DNA of 64,000 nucleotides. It comes from Chrysomallon squamiferum (Eukaryota > Animalia > Mollusca). The stretch is taken from positions 17,794,001 to 17,858,000 of the forward strand of contig CM022672.1 of NCBI GenBank assembly GCA_012295275.1, read 5' to 3'. The notes beneath the pieces are model-generated. The model worked only from the letters and a program-made list of their open reading frames with translations. It was not told the origin of the DNA and did not search any database. The translations under genes and the position numbers were made by a program. Every line of letters begins with the position of its first letter. Position 1 is the first letter of the stretch. Positions 27,257-41,689 of this stretch are shown piece after piece.

Positions 27257-30004
27257 CCCCCCACTTCTTCACTGCTTCAACAATTTTTTTCTCACCACAA
27301 AACACCAGTGTTTAATTTAGTTATGTAAAACATGCATTAGAGCTTAGCATCAAGATAAAGATTTTCTGTGTTTTATTTTGTAAGAAGAAACAGGTTTCAA
27401 CAGCAGACTAATAAAATTAAGACTTACTGGTTTAAGTTGTGTTTGCCAAGTTTATTGTACACTTTACAAAAGCAAGGCCCTAATGACAAGTTTGATGCTT
27501 CCAAATTGTAAAGTAAACACCAGTAAACCTCGAACGAATTGTGTTCACTGTATTGCCAATTAAAGCAGTATTTGCTCTTTTCTCTTTATGGGGAACTTGT
27601 ACATACTTCATTAGAATTGATCACGTATTGCTGCCACTGTAGCCATTAAAAGTCGGGGATGGTCACTGTAGAGTTCTGCTGCTGTGGTAATGCTTCAAGT
27701 CCCCTGCTCCTGCTCTCCTAATCCACTGTGATTACCTCCAGCATGTGATTGTCTGAGTTTTAACTGTGGAATGGGTATTAAAAAAAAGAAAAAAAGTGGA
27801 TTCTCTTATTTGACGATTTATCTGTCCCTGATGAAAAGTAGTTTATCCATTTTATGAACACTGCTGTTTTCATTCCAGGTTACTTTTCAGAAATCACTGT
27901 ATTTAAACTAGAATGTCTGGCACACAGATCAGCATCTGCCTTTGATTTGATGTTTTTGATTTCTCTTCAGTATGTCACCCATGAGTCTGAAATATATCTG
28001 GGTTTCCTTCTCTTTTTTTTTCTTTTCAAAATGTGAAATTGGTGTTACATTAATAGGGCAGTTTGACAGGTTGAAATATTTGTAAAGATGAGATGCAGTA
28101 ATCATATGGAATAATTAAAGCTTCAGTTTGTTATTTCAGAAAACTAAAGCCAGAATATTACTTATTATGATTTAAATGTTTTAAAGTACAAAATCATTTG
28201 ATTCTTAACAATTACAGGAATTTTGAAAAGTCCTCCAAATTGCATCCTTGTGCAATTAAATGTAGTAAATTACATGGTGTCACAGATTTTGTTGAATTCT
28301 AAAAGATTTATGAACCATCAACATTACTGAGGGTGGGAAGAGCATTTCTTAATTTACTCCTTAAAATATTGGAATTGTTCAGAATACATTACTTAAAATA
28401 TATCTTGACATTTTTACCTGACTGAAACATTCAGTGTTATACAATAACACTTACAATTAAGACTAAAAAATTGATAGGATGGGGGGAATAAAGAACGAAT
28501 GTTTTAAATTAGGAAGTATTTAAAAATTTTAACAATAAATTTGTAACATGTGATTGGTCCACAGAGTATTGTAATATGTTGATTGATGAGTACTCTGTCC
28601 TCAGAACATTTCTCATTACAACATAATGCTGAAGGAGTTCACTGAGAATTGGGATCAGGGACGGACATAGCAGTGACATTAATCCGTATTCAGAATACAC
28701 TGCAGCACATGATTTTAAATCTAAGAAACTGGAAATTAAATGTTTCTAGATTAGATTTTTTTTTTTTTTTATAAATTATAATCCTATAACAAATAAAATA
28801 AAAAAACAATAAGAAAACTTGAATATTAATTGAAGATGCACTGAAGATTTCAGCTGTAGTAGTTGTATTTGTTGTTTGTTTTAGCTTCAAAAGTTTTACA
28901 GAAAAAAACTTATTTTATGTCATTATTATTGAATACTGTTCAGTTAGATTTCATTCATTGTGTTCTTCATGTTATTCTCCATGTTTATATATTGTCAGAG
29001 ATATTTACTGGTGTTTGGCTTTTGTCATGATAGTTTATCTCAAATACATGTCAGTGTGATTCAGATTGCACAGAGATGACATTACAGTAAATTGTATCAG
29101 AATTTTTTTTTATCAGACTTTTCTGATGGCTGCCCAAGCCTGAAATCTAAACATTTTTATTTCTCTCTTGTGTTTTGGTGTGGTTTTTTTTTGTTTTTGT
29201 TTTTTTTTTGTTTTTTGTTATTTTTTATTTTTTATTTTATTTTATTTTTTTTTTTGCTTATTTATTATTATTATTTTTTGCTTCATTATATTTCTTTTCA
29301 CCGTTGTAACAAAATTGATTTTACTGTCACATTGATGAAGGCAAGCTGAGAGTTGATGCAATATCAAATAGAAAAATTAAAGCCTACAGATAGCATAAAA
29401 ATTTTTTTTATTTATTGTCACTGGCATCATATTAGTAAATACAGCATTTATATTTCCACTAGTTGAGACAAAAATTACATTATCATCACTGATCAGCAAT
29501 TAGATGGTGTGCTTTTCAATCCATTTGTCAACAGGACAACGGCACACCAGCTCAACTTGTATTTCACAATGATCTCAAAAGCTTTTCTTGAAAATAACCC
29601 TAATCTTATTTTCCGTCACCAGTCATATCATTGACTGGAAGTCTTGAGCTTTATCTCCAATATATTGGCCTTGTTGAGTGGTCACTTGATGCCAGTATGA
29701 AAATGATTCGTTGGAAATGGTGAAGCGCACGACACATACCTGTTTCTTGTCTTGTAAGATCAATTGAGTTAGATATTTCAGCTTTGCTGTTAAAGGAAGC
29801 TTGGTCTTACAGAAATAGGCTTGACGGTTTAATGATTGGAAGAGAATAGAATTGGCCAGTGAGGTGTCTAACATTTAGAGTTGCAGTTAATATTATAGTC
29901 ACCTTGATTGGGAAAGTACTTTTGAGAAGAGCACTTACTGTAATGTTTATCCTGCAGATCTTAGCAGGTTTTACAACAGAAACATGGGTGATAAAATAAA
30001 CTTT

Positions 30005-30065
<61 letters not shown>

Positions 30066-30853
30066 CTTACATTTGTAGATTGTAAATAAACATTTTTTTT
30101 TAAAACCAAACAATTGAAATAATTTATGTATTAACAATTTATACAAAACAAAACATGGCATGTTCATAATTTTCAGATCAAAATCAGTGTGAAACAGTGA
30201 AAGATCATGGCACCAAATTACAGTAAAATGTAGTTATATCATTAATGGCTGTTACATTTCAGAAATCAAGATTCTGATAAACTTTCAATCATTTCCATAA
30301 TATTTTGAATTGTTTAAAGGAAGAAGAAGAAAAATTACTATTATTGTTGTTATTATTCTTTCATGGGTATTATAATATACATGTTTTCAAAATGTTTTTT
30401 TAAGATATACTGTTTTTGTTGTGGATAATGTTGGTGCTATTTCATGTGAAACATTGTAGCTGTTTTAGACATTGTAGAAAGCTGTGTCCAAATTTGCAGA
30501 GTTGTTCATGTATATAATATTTTTAATCGTGGGACCAGCATTTTTGCACCAGCTTTTTAGACTATGTTCATTTGCTTATGAGGTTCTTTCCTGCATTTTC
30601 AGAGTGGTTAAGATCAACGTATGGTATGTCCATCTTACTTATTACACAATTTTCAGCATTTAATGCTGTACCAATTTTTTCATCAGTCATTAGAAATTTT
30701 TTATGTACTTATTTTTATTTTTGATCAATTTCTTTTGAAAACAGTTTGATCTGGATATTTTTATTTATTTTTTTTTAAAAAGAGTGAAAGATTGAAATAG
30801 AAAGGCAAGACATTTTTTTTTAACAATTTGTTTAACTTGCAGGACTTTATTTT

Positions 30854-30896
<43 letters not shown>

Positions 30897-32072
30897 AAAA
30901 ATCATATTTTAGCATTTTTGGTATATAGCTCATCTGAACTTCATTATGGTTGATTCGAGCGAAGTCTTAAACTGTAAGTATTAGCATACAGGTCATGTAA
31001 ACGTGAAGGCAAATGTATGTTTGTGTTGGTTGTGCCAGGACCAGTGATATTTTATGTTTTTCAAATCGGCTTTTCTTACCGATTTTTGTGTTATTTTTCA
31101 GAGCACTTTCACATTTTTGTTGGTGATCTCAGTCCAGACATAGAGGGACATCAGTTACGTGATGCTTTCAAAGTATTTGGAGAAATATCGTGAGTATATT
31201 AGTGAGCTGTTAAAACGAATTATTCACATTATAGCAGAACAGATAAACATATAAATGCATACACTTAAGATACATGTATATACTTGTTAAAAAATGTAAT
31301 GTTGGGATATTAATAATTAGAATTCAGAAAACAATGTTGTTTATAAGCATTTTTATACAATACCGCATTTATTTTAATTTTATTTTATTTATTTATTTTT
31401 GAAAAAAAAAAAAAAAAAAAAAACAACGAAATCCCCAATAAAAACACAAAACCTACATATTAATGAAAATTCCATTTTAATTTACAATGTAACAAGGGGA
31501 ATAGAAATTAATACGAGAACAATAAACTTAGGACCTAGATTTCCTATATCTACCATTCTGCCTCCAATTACTCTGTCACTTCCCTTGAGGTTGAAGGAAA
31601 TACATTGTTTGGCTGGATGCTGTAATTTTCATAATCTGAAAGGCTTCTGTATACAGCTCTCCGAAGGGCTTTTATTACAGATAAGACATTTATGTTGTAT
31701 AGTGTCTTACAAAATGAGTAAAATAAATGAAGACTGGGTCATCTTGCCACGTGACAAAATAAGATCAGAACTGCTGCTTGTTGTATATCCTACAGCCCCC
31801 GATCAAATGATTATTATAAAAAATGCCCGTAATAATTGTTGCAACACCTTCTTGAAAAAAAAAAAATTGTAGAAAATATAATTAAATTCATATTAGTTAG
31901 TCTTAGCATTAAAATACCTTTAAAAAAATATTCTTGCTCATATTTTGTAAATGAAAAAAATTTTACATAATGATTATTAACTGAAAAAGAAAACTTAGAA
32001 ATTACAAGAACTATACTGAAAACGTTATTATTTCCCACAGTTTTAACAAATGAAAATATAAAATTCTATATA

Positions 32073-32120
<48 letters not shown>

Positions 32121-33422
32121 GTATTTATCACTATCATCATTATTAGTAAATAACCCTACTGAAATACCACTAAATGGGATAATTACTCTTGAAAGAAAAT
32201 AAAAACTAGGCAGTATTATCATTAAATAAAATGTTAAAAATGCTATCAGTTCATTGCAGACATCTTTACAAAAGAACATTATAAAATTTAGTATTATGAT
32301 TATTATAACTGAAAAATGTATAGACAGGATAAAAGAAATTACTTTTTGACAAGGCACTGCTGTTACATAAAACATGTTTACAATGCTATCATTGCATCAT
32401 GGTTACCATTACAAATGAACATTGCCAAATTTGGTACATTGAGTTTTATGATTCACTGGAAAATTACAGAAACATATCTGTTGGTCACAGATATTGAAAT
32501 CGTTATAAAATGAATGCTATGAAATTCGTTACATAAAGCATTGATATTCTTTGGTAAAATACAGAAATGGTCGGCAGGAAAGAAGGAAAGAAAGAAAAAA
32601 AAAATCGGGGCTTTTCACCTTGCCAATTGACAAAACAGAGTGAGAAATCCTGCTGTCACATGGTGTGTTTGTAGCGTTACATCACTGGACAGTAATTACA
32701 GCTGTGTTGAAGACCTTACAATCAGTCAGTTACACTTAACAACAGTAATCTTCACCATCCATGCAGCTCTGCTCAGTCAGTCTCAGATTGGTTTCCTGAA
32801 TGTTAAAACTTCCACATTTCCATTTTGTGTGTTCATTGTTACCATGACAGACTCTTAACTTAATCTCTCCTGCATTTCAAAGAAGTCTGTTGAATTTGAT
32901 CCTCGAAATGTCACAAAAATCACACACCAAACAGAAAATGTCGTTCAGTATCTGATTAAGAAAAAGTATTTAAATATAAACTTTGTGTATTTTTTTAATT
33001 TAATTCTTAATTTAATTTATTATTTGTTTATATATTTATTTATTTTTAAATAAACAGTCTGTTACCATTTCCTTTTTAAATATTTAAAACTTTATATATT
33101 TTTTCATCTGGGTGAAGCTAAACAAAAAGTAGTTTGTGAATATTGATTATGAAAGTTAGGAATATACAAAATGCTCATCTATCCTTTCACACTGTAACAA
33201 AACCAGTACTCGGTACAGCAAGTACAAGCATAAACAGTCCAGTTATAATTTCAATTCATATTTTGGTTTTGAGGTTTTGTTAAGGGGAGGTGAAATTACA
33301 TGACTGTAGATGGCGTGTAAAATAATCATAATTTGTCGAATGTATTTTCATTGTTTTGGTGATATTTTGTGTAGAGATACTTTAAAAATAATAATAATAA
33401 TCTTTCATTTTATTTTTGGTAG

Positions 33423-33476
<54 letters not shown>

Positions 33477-34381
33477 TACCTAAGCATAACTATAGCAAGA
33501 TATTATTTCTCACTTGTATTAATTTTAAATTAAATATATCTTTTTGCTGTACACTGAAACAAAATAAAAAAGTAAAAGTTATAACTAAAAAAAAAGTAAC
33601 AATGTTAAAATCGCAGCTGTATTTAATCTTTTCTTGAATAATGCATTTCCTTCTAAAAATAATTTTTTTCTGACCTAACATCACTGACATTTGTATTTTT
33701 TATTTATTTAAAATTTATTTTTTATTTATTTTTATTTTTTTTTTTATTTACATAAAGGCTAAAAATCAAAAGATAAGAGATAAAAAAAATATATTGTATT
33801 GTTCGGAATGTGAAATGTGTATTTTCTCTAAAAGAGAGGGGGGAGGAAGTCACTATTGACAGAACCTTTTTATAGTGATGTCATTGATTGAATTCTAACA
33901 TTTTTGCTTTTACATTTGATTTTTTTGAGTTAACGTGCAGTTTTGGTAGCTTTACAAAATGGAAGTTAGAATTTCCCTGGAGACTTGCCACAGATCAGTC
34001 CAGTTGCTGTATGTGACACCTAATATGCTGGAGCAAGTCCTTACTTCAAGCCTCAGAAAATTACATTTTAATGTTCTGCTACCAGTATTCAACATGTGAA
34101 AATAATATTTTTAAAAGCTCAAATTAGAAGATCATGTCAGTATTAATGGGAATTTTTTTTTTTTTTTTTTTTTTATTATTTTATTTTTTTTTAAATACTT
34201 CATTTATTATTATTATTATTATTAAATTGGTTTATGTAATGATTAGCATTAAAACGTGATACCAGTATTTAAATTCATTAACATCTCTGTGCCTGTGTTA
34301 ATGATAATGGAAAAAAGTGGTGTAGATGTGCCTTAGTGAATTTGGTAGAATGACTGTACTTGATTATAAAGATTGTTGCAT

Positions 34382-34420
<39 letters not shown>

Positions 34421-36554
34421 TGTTTATGAATGTGTGTGCATGTGTTCATCTTGTTCAGATTTAGTTTAGAAAGAACATTTTCACAACAAATGTATATCTG
34501 TAAGTACAGAAGTGATCATCTTCATTTTACACCTTTTTTTTTTTTAAAACTGCCTAGACACGATTGTATGTCTTCTTCATGAAGTGCCGTTCTCGAGCTG
34601 CTTTGTGTTGTCCCTTCAAGCCAGACATCACTTCTCAAGAGCTGGGAATCTTTTCTGGCATTTTATCAGTTTCCTCTGAGCAGCATTACATTTAGTGTGC
34701 AGCAAGGCATGATGGCACTAAACCACTGTAGCATTTGTCCAGTAATGATGGCAGACAATGGGGATAATAGTTCTCAAGAAATTAATTTGCTCTCTGTTGA
34801 TGAGACATTATTGTTTATTGATGTCAGGGTTGAAAGATGACATAAAGTTTCTTTATCCGGCCGTCACTTCCTATTCTGTAAATTCATTGCCATGCAATGA
34901 TTACCAAAGTTGAGCATTAATGCAAAATATTGAATTTAATATCCATTCATGGTTTTGACACTTGGAAACACAAAAGGTGCGGCAGTTATGGATAGTGGTA
35001 TCCCACAGTTAATGAAGCAACGCTTCATCTGCATGTTCAGAAATTTGATGTTTCCGTATGTTTAGTTCTGTGTTGTTGCTATGAAGAAAACTAAAGTACA
35101 GAGGAAGCTACAAATGGCTGTGGTCAACACATCAAAAATTATAATTGTTGTTTTTTTACATTAATATTATTTCTGTATCTGAAAAGATAACAAGTATTTG
35201 CTGATATAACAGAAGAAAACCATTTTATATATTAATGTTAATGCTACTGAAAAAGAGATTCCGTTTTAGATAATAGATTTTTATTCATTTGTTTTTGTCA
35301 AATGAAACATTTTCATTTAATTTAGGGGTTTTAATCTGGATTACTGAATTCAGCAAAGGTCAGTTTATTTTTGACTTAAAAGTTCATCTGACATAACAGT
35401 AACTTGTTTTGATTGTATACTGGTTGTCTAGTTGGAATCAGCCTTAATTATAAAATATATTCTGGTATCAAGCTACATTTTGAAATACAACAATGAGCAA
35501 TTAGCAGGCTTTTATCAAATTTTCCTAAATTACAGTGGAACATAAATATTAAAAGAAATGTGTTGTCTGAGTACCTTTATTTTTGACTGATTGATTGAAT
35601 GTTTGGTTTTTGGTTGATGTTTAATTTTCATTGAATATTTGAATTTAAAAAAAAAATTATTTATTTATTTATTTAGTTATTTTTTTTTAGTTTTTTTTTT
35701 TGTTGTTTTGTTTTGTTTTTAATTAAGAATGGGATTCATTCAGATTATTAAATTTTTATTACAGTATATTAGTTTTTCTCTTTGTTTAACATTTTTTATT
35801 TGAATATCAGATTATATTGGATTTGTATGCTGTTATTATTTTATTTTTTTGGGGTTTTTTTTGTTGGTTTTTTCAAATATTTTTCTTTGTTTTGTTTTAT
35901 TTATTTTATTTATTTATATTTTTGGTTTTTATCTGTTTTTGTATCATTAATGTTTTATTACTCACGAGAGATTATTTTAGTTATGAAGTACGTGTGAAAA
36001 CTTGTCAAGTATTCACATACAAATGCTAACACAATTAGTAAATAATTTTTGTGAAAAAACATAAAAGGGAAAATAAATTTTAAAAAATTTAAAAATTGTA
36101 TATATATATATATTTTTTTAATTAATTTAAAAAGAAAATATAAAAGAATTCAAAACCACATATGTAATTAATAATTACTATTATATTGTGGAGTGGAAAA
36201 CAACAAAAACAACTGAAAAGCTAAGAAGAAAAGCAACAGACAAAAAAAACAACTGATGATATCTACCATGTGTACTATTTCAGCCAAGTGTACTTACACT
36301 TTGGGACTAGTTCGCGTGTGTGGAAAATCAGTCCTTTTTTGATTAGAGACAATTGTGTTTTGAGCTTAATTAAATTCTCTGTTGAGAAGTATATAATTTC
36401 ATTCCTGTAGGTTGAACATTACTACAAGGGGGAAATTAAGATAAAACAAGTGGGTGATCTGTTTTCTACAGACTTCAAGCAGCAGGCTTTTAACTGATGA
36501 ACTTCTTCCTTCAAGCTTTCTGTCAGATCTAGAAATAATTGATCTATCTATCTA

Positions 36555-36623
<69 letters not shown>

Positions 36624-37991
36624 AATATAAATGGTAAACATCAATACGTATTCTTTTTTAACTTAATAATAATGTTACCATTATTTTAGATTGAAACAAT
36701 TGTACTCTTGTTACATTTGAAATGGTACTGTTCGTTCATTCATCCATTAACAAATAACTGTTATTTGCAACATGTACATGTTCCAGTTTCATTTTATTCC
36801 TTAACATCATTCAGTTGCACTTGTCTTTATTCTTTGTCGCAGAACTCTTACGTCATTACAAATTCTGCGGTTAGCTCCTGAATTATTAGCAATAAAATGT
36901 TTTCACTTCTTGTGAATTCTATTTCTGTATTGTGCTTGCCTGAAAAAGGTCAGATCCTTGCCTAGTAGCCCATATTGTCCAAAGAAAATGACCTTTCCTT
37001 TCTTGCTTTTATGCTTGTTTTTGAGGGGACGCATATGGCTTTCATCTACAAGTGCCATCACGTTGCGCTCACTCGCCATCAGATAATAAATGCGCCTGTT
37101 ACTTGCATTCATTTGCAAGTTGTCCCCTGTTAACCAATGCTGAATTCAATTTGCCGAGTGAAATGGGACAATATTTTATCAATATTCTTAACATTAGCAT
37201 GCATCCGCCAGCTTCTCATAACACACAACCAGAAACACGTGGTAGTTTGGTCGCACAACCCTTCCATTCAGAATGGTCGAAATGAGGCAGTAATTACTTG
37301 TTAATCACCCAGTTATTTGCAGTAGAACTTGCAAGAACTGCTCGCTGAAAATAAATTGTTTTCACTTCTGTCAGTGTGCGGTACAATTGATCTTCCAACA
37401 TCCAAGTTTGTCGCTTGTACAAAAAGTTGATGGATCGATTCTGCCTGGTGGTCTTTTGTTACATTTATCTTAATGTGAAAGGATATTTATTTAAGCAGTA
37501 CCTCAGCACCTTGTCTTATTATGCCCATTACAAATTGAATGTAATTCGTAGAAAGAAAGAATAGTGAGGGGGGGAGAAAAATGAATGAAATAGTAAAGAA
37601 AATGGAGAGATAGAAAGAATGAAAATGAGTGTATGAGGATGTGAATATATGCTCTAAAAAAAGCCACCAATAAAAATTAATCTGAAAATTGTGTCTGTGG
37701 GCATTTTAGTTCCATACCATTGCTCTAACATGATACCTAATCATGAATGTGAAACTTTTATCCATGATGAACATAGAAACAGATAACTGTTAATTACTTA
37801 TCCACTGTCTGTTGATTTCTTTTTTGAGTTAGTTACATTTATAAACAGTTATGTTTAAATAATTATATTGATAATTGTAAAAAAAAATAATAATAAAATA
37901 AAATAAAATGTGTATTTATATAAAATTTTAAACATTATTTAAGCCATTGTATTATTTTTATAGCTTTTTTCTCATAAAATTAAGTCATTAA

Positions 37992-38022
<31 letters not shown>

Positions 38023-38350
38023 AAAATATATTTATTATTATTATTATTATTATTATTGCTTCTTTTTTTAAATTTTTATGCTAGTCTCAATATCTAGAAT
38101 AACCTAGTGCAAGATCAAGTGTTAATATATCTGTTTCCTGAATTTAACAGATGTGACCATCGGTCGGCCAAAGGGGTCTACTACCAAGCAAAAAACTGCA
38201 TTCCATCCAGGCTATGTATGCCTTTACATTCATATTTTTTTACATTTTGTTTTTAACTTATAGCTTCTTATTAAAATATCATATAATAATCTTCTTTTTT
38301 TCTTTTCTTTTTTTTTTCGTTGTTTTCAAAGTATAACTCCAATATTTAAT

Positions 38351-38392
<42 letters not shown>

Positions 38393-41300
38393 GCATCAGT
38401 TGAGTCCAGTAGTGTTTTGTGTAATTAAACATTCGTCTCACCAGTTTGTTACTTTCTGCATATAATAATATTCTTAGTTAATTGCTATAGATGTAAATAA
38501 AACAAATTCAGATAAACAATAGCAATGTTTAATTAGAAGGTTATGTACATTTAAAATTATAGATGATTTAAAATAAAAAAAAAGAAACGACAGTGCCATT
38601 AGTGGAGGACCATTTTATGTAAGAGCAAACACTGCATGTGTCTGTTGCAGGAACCATCTAATGGCTAGACTTCCTTTCAGTGCTAGAACACCAGTTCACT
38701 GACCTGGTAACACACTGGTGTCCACAGTTTCATTATTTTGAGTACCAGGATCAGTTGGGAAGCTTTCCATTCCATGGTATATTTCATAATTGGTATTGAG
38801 TGAGATTATTTCACTTAGATAGGGGAGGTTGAGTGATATATATATTTAGAGTGAAAGGTTAAAGAGAGACCTCATGAATTTAAAAAATAACCTTTTCCAT
38901 TTATTTATGTCCTTTTGTCTAAGAAGGTTAATTTTGTTCAGTTCAAATACATTTATTGTTTGTCTTTTTTAAAATCATGGTTAAAATAACTAATGATTAT
39001 TTAGAAATACCCTGTTAAGTAGATTAGCTTTTGCTCAGTGAATCTTTATTGTTATTTTTGTTGATTTTTAAGACTGTTAATAATTTGTGAAACAAAATCC
39101 CATTTCAGATCATTTCCATTTAAGTGTCTGCCTTAATGTTTTTTTACCTTCAGGTTACAGAATAAAATTAAAAGTTTTGAATTAGGAGAGACAGTTTGAA
39201 GTTTCTTAGTGAGTCACTTGTAATTTATATTTTATGGTAATGAAAGTTTTATTTAAAGATTTTTGGTAAAGTCAGGTCACTCTAACTCTTTATATTTATT
39301 AATCAATCTTTTGAATTCACTAAACATTTTTCAAAAATATTTGAGGATGTTTGGTTAAATGGCATTTTAATTTTTTTTTTTTTTTTCTTATATAACTATT
39401 TCTATTATTTAAAAAAAATTCTTCATTTATTGCTTTATCTGTTAAATTATCTATTTAAAGCTGGATTAAAGAATGTTTTTTTTTTTCTTTCTTTCTTCCG
39501 GTTTTAAAAATAAAGATTAGCAGTTCCTCAACTTGATTCAGTAGCTTATTAATCTTTTATATATTTTCATCACATTTGGTCAGTGATTTAAAATGAAGTC
39601 ACTTTTTTCTATTATCTATTTCCTTTCTTTTTTTATCATCATCATCATTATTAAACTAAATTTAATGGCAGAATGTATTTGGGTTAAGATGGTGAGGGCT
39701 GTTATTTTTGTATTGTTACTAATTTAAAAATGGCTGTGTTCACTTTCACAGATACAGTAAAATAAAACTGTTTCTGATGGCTAACTGTACTTTAATGGGA
39801 ACCAGTCTAATATAGTATTTTAGTTAAAGTAAACAGTTGTTTTATGAGTGAGTATTATTAACAACTAGGCATACTGGAATTACTGTCATTTTATTTTTTT
39901 ATTATTTTTTTTTTTTTAAATATATTTTACAGTTAATTATTTAGTTTCAAATAAACCAATACCTATATTAATTTCTGAAAAGTGCGGTAGGGAAATTTTT
40001 TTTTAAGAATACCTGTTTAAGTTAGGAATTTTAAAAAAATAAATGATAGATGCATGTTGGCAATTGTAAATAAATTCTAGATAATTTAAACAATGTATGC
40101 TCTGGAATCTTTCTTATTTTATTATATTTTTTTAAAAACAAAACCAAAGGGGATAAAATAATTTTTTTTAAAGTTTTCATAAGTTATTGGATTACAGTCA
40201 TAAATGTTTGTTTTTGTTTGCATTAACTTTTTTTCATATGTAATGCAGCTTTTAACTTGGTAGTTGGCATCTGGTGTTACTTGTCTCAAATTGAATCTTT
40301 GTGTGTTATATAGATTAATAATTATTGCTTTGTGCAGTTTTTTTTTTTTTTTTAAAAAGAGTTTGAAATACTGCATGCTTTAAAAATGTGCGTATATACT
40401 TTAAATAACAAAGTGTAAAATTGTTTACCTGTGCATATGTCTGGGTGGGTGTGTTTCCGAATTTAACTAATAATGGACATAAAATTTTAAATTCCTTTTT
40501 TATGTTTGTTTAATTCTTTCATTCATCCTTTCTTTCTTGTTTTAATATTGTATAGCCAACTTCAGTAAATACAAAGTTTATTTAAAATGTATATAAAATG
40601 AAAACAAGCATATGTTTAGTATATTTCTGATAAAATGTTCATAATTTAAAAATAAAAAATAAAAATGAAGTGTAAATATCTCTTTTCATTAAAGTAGAAC
40701 AACATTATTGGTTTTATGAATATTTTAGCAGATATTACCATTAAATACTTACAAATTTAATTTTTATTAACACAAATTAGTTCCATTTGATCTGGTATTT
40801 TCAGCTAGATAACAGACAGCTAACCTAGGTACAATAAAATTATTTTTAAAAACTACAAAAAAAAAAAAAATGATAAAATTAATTTTTAACCACAGGATCA
40901 TCTTTCAGTCTTCTTTTCCACCCACTCATCCTATGCGAAAACCAGTTCAGGTTATTTTATAGTGGTCCTTAACTAATCATACAGCCTTTTATTTAATGTT
41001 CATATTATTACTTGGGTGGTCTTATCTGTTATTAAATGACTAAGATTAACAGTGATAGTCAAAGAGATTTCATTGAATTTTTTATTTTTTTATTTTTTAA
41101 ATCTTTTTTCTTTTCGTTTCGTCTTTTTTCTATTTTTATTTTTATTTTTATTTTTTTTAATTTAAAAAAAAAAAAAAAAAAAAATAATAAAAAGGAAATG
41201 AATTGCACAGTTCCCGCCACTTTGTTCCCCATTGGCCATACTGGCTGGATTATCGCATGAATATTTCAAAACAACACCTCGATGCCAAGACATCAAAATA

Positions 41301-41613
41301 CTGCTGCTGTTATTTGAACGGTGTATGAAAGACAGGCTATGAAATATTAAATTTTTGCCATAGAGTTGAGCCGTGCACATCACGATTTTTTCTACCAATA
41401 TCATGCTTCGTGTTTCCTGTGGGAAAACTATCTCATTATACAAGAACATGATGAACTAGCAGTCAGTTTTTGTTTTGTCTCTCGAATAATAAAAACTCCA
41501 TGCTGAACAATTTTGTTCAAGTAAAGCTGATGGGGGGGGGGAGGTTTCCACTGTCGACTTTATACATAATATTTATAAGAATAAAATAATGACGAATGCT
41601 TGTTACGTTAAAA

Positions 41614-41689
<76 letters not shown>

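Noticed and set aside
41448-41510. C/D box snoRNA-like pair ATGATGA...CTGA
   Set aside because: It is short, has no proper terminal stem and no recognisable rRNA antisense element. Other RTGATGA hits lack a suitably placed D box.
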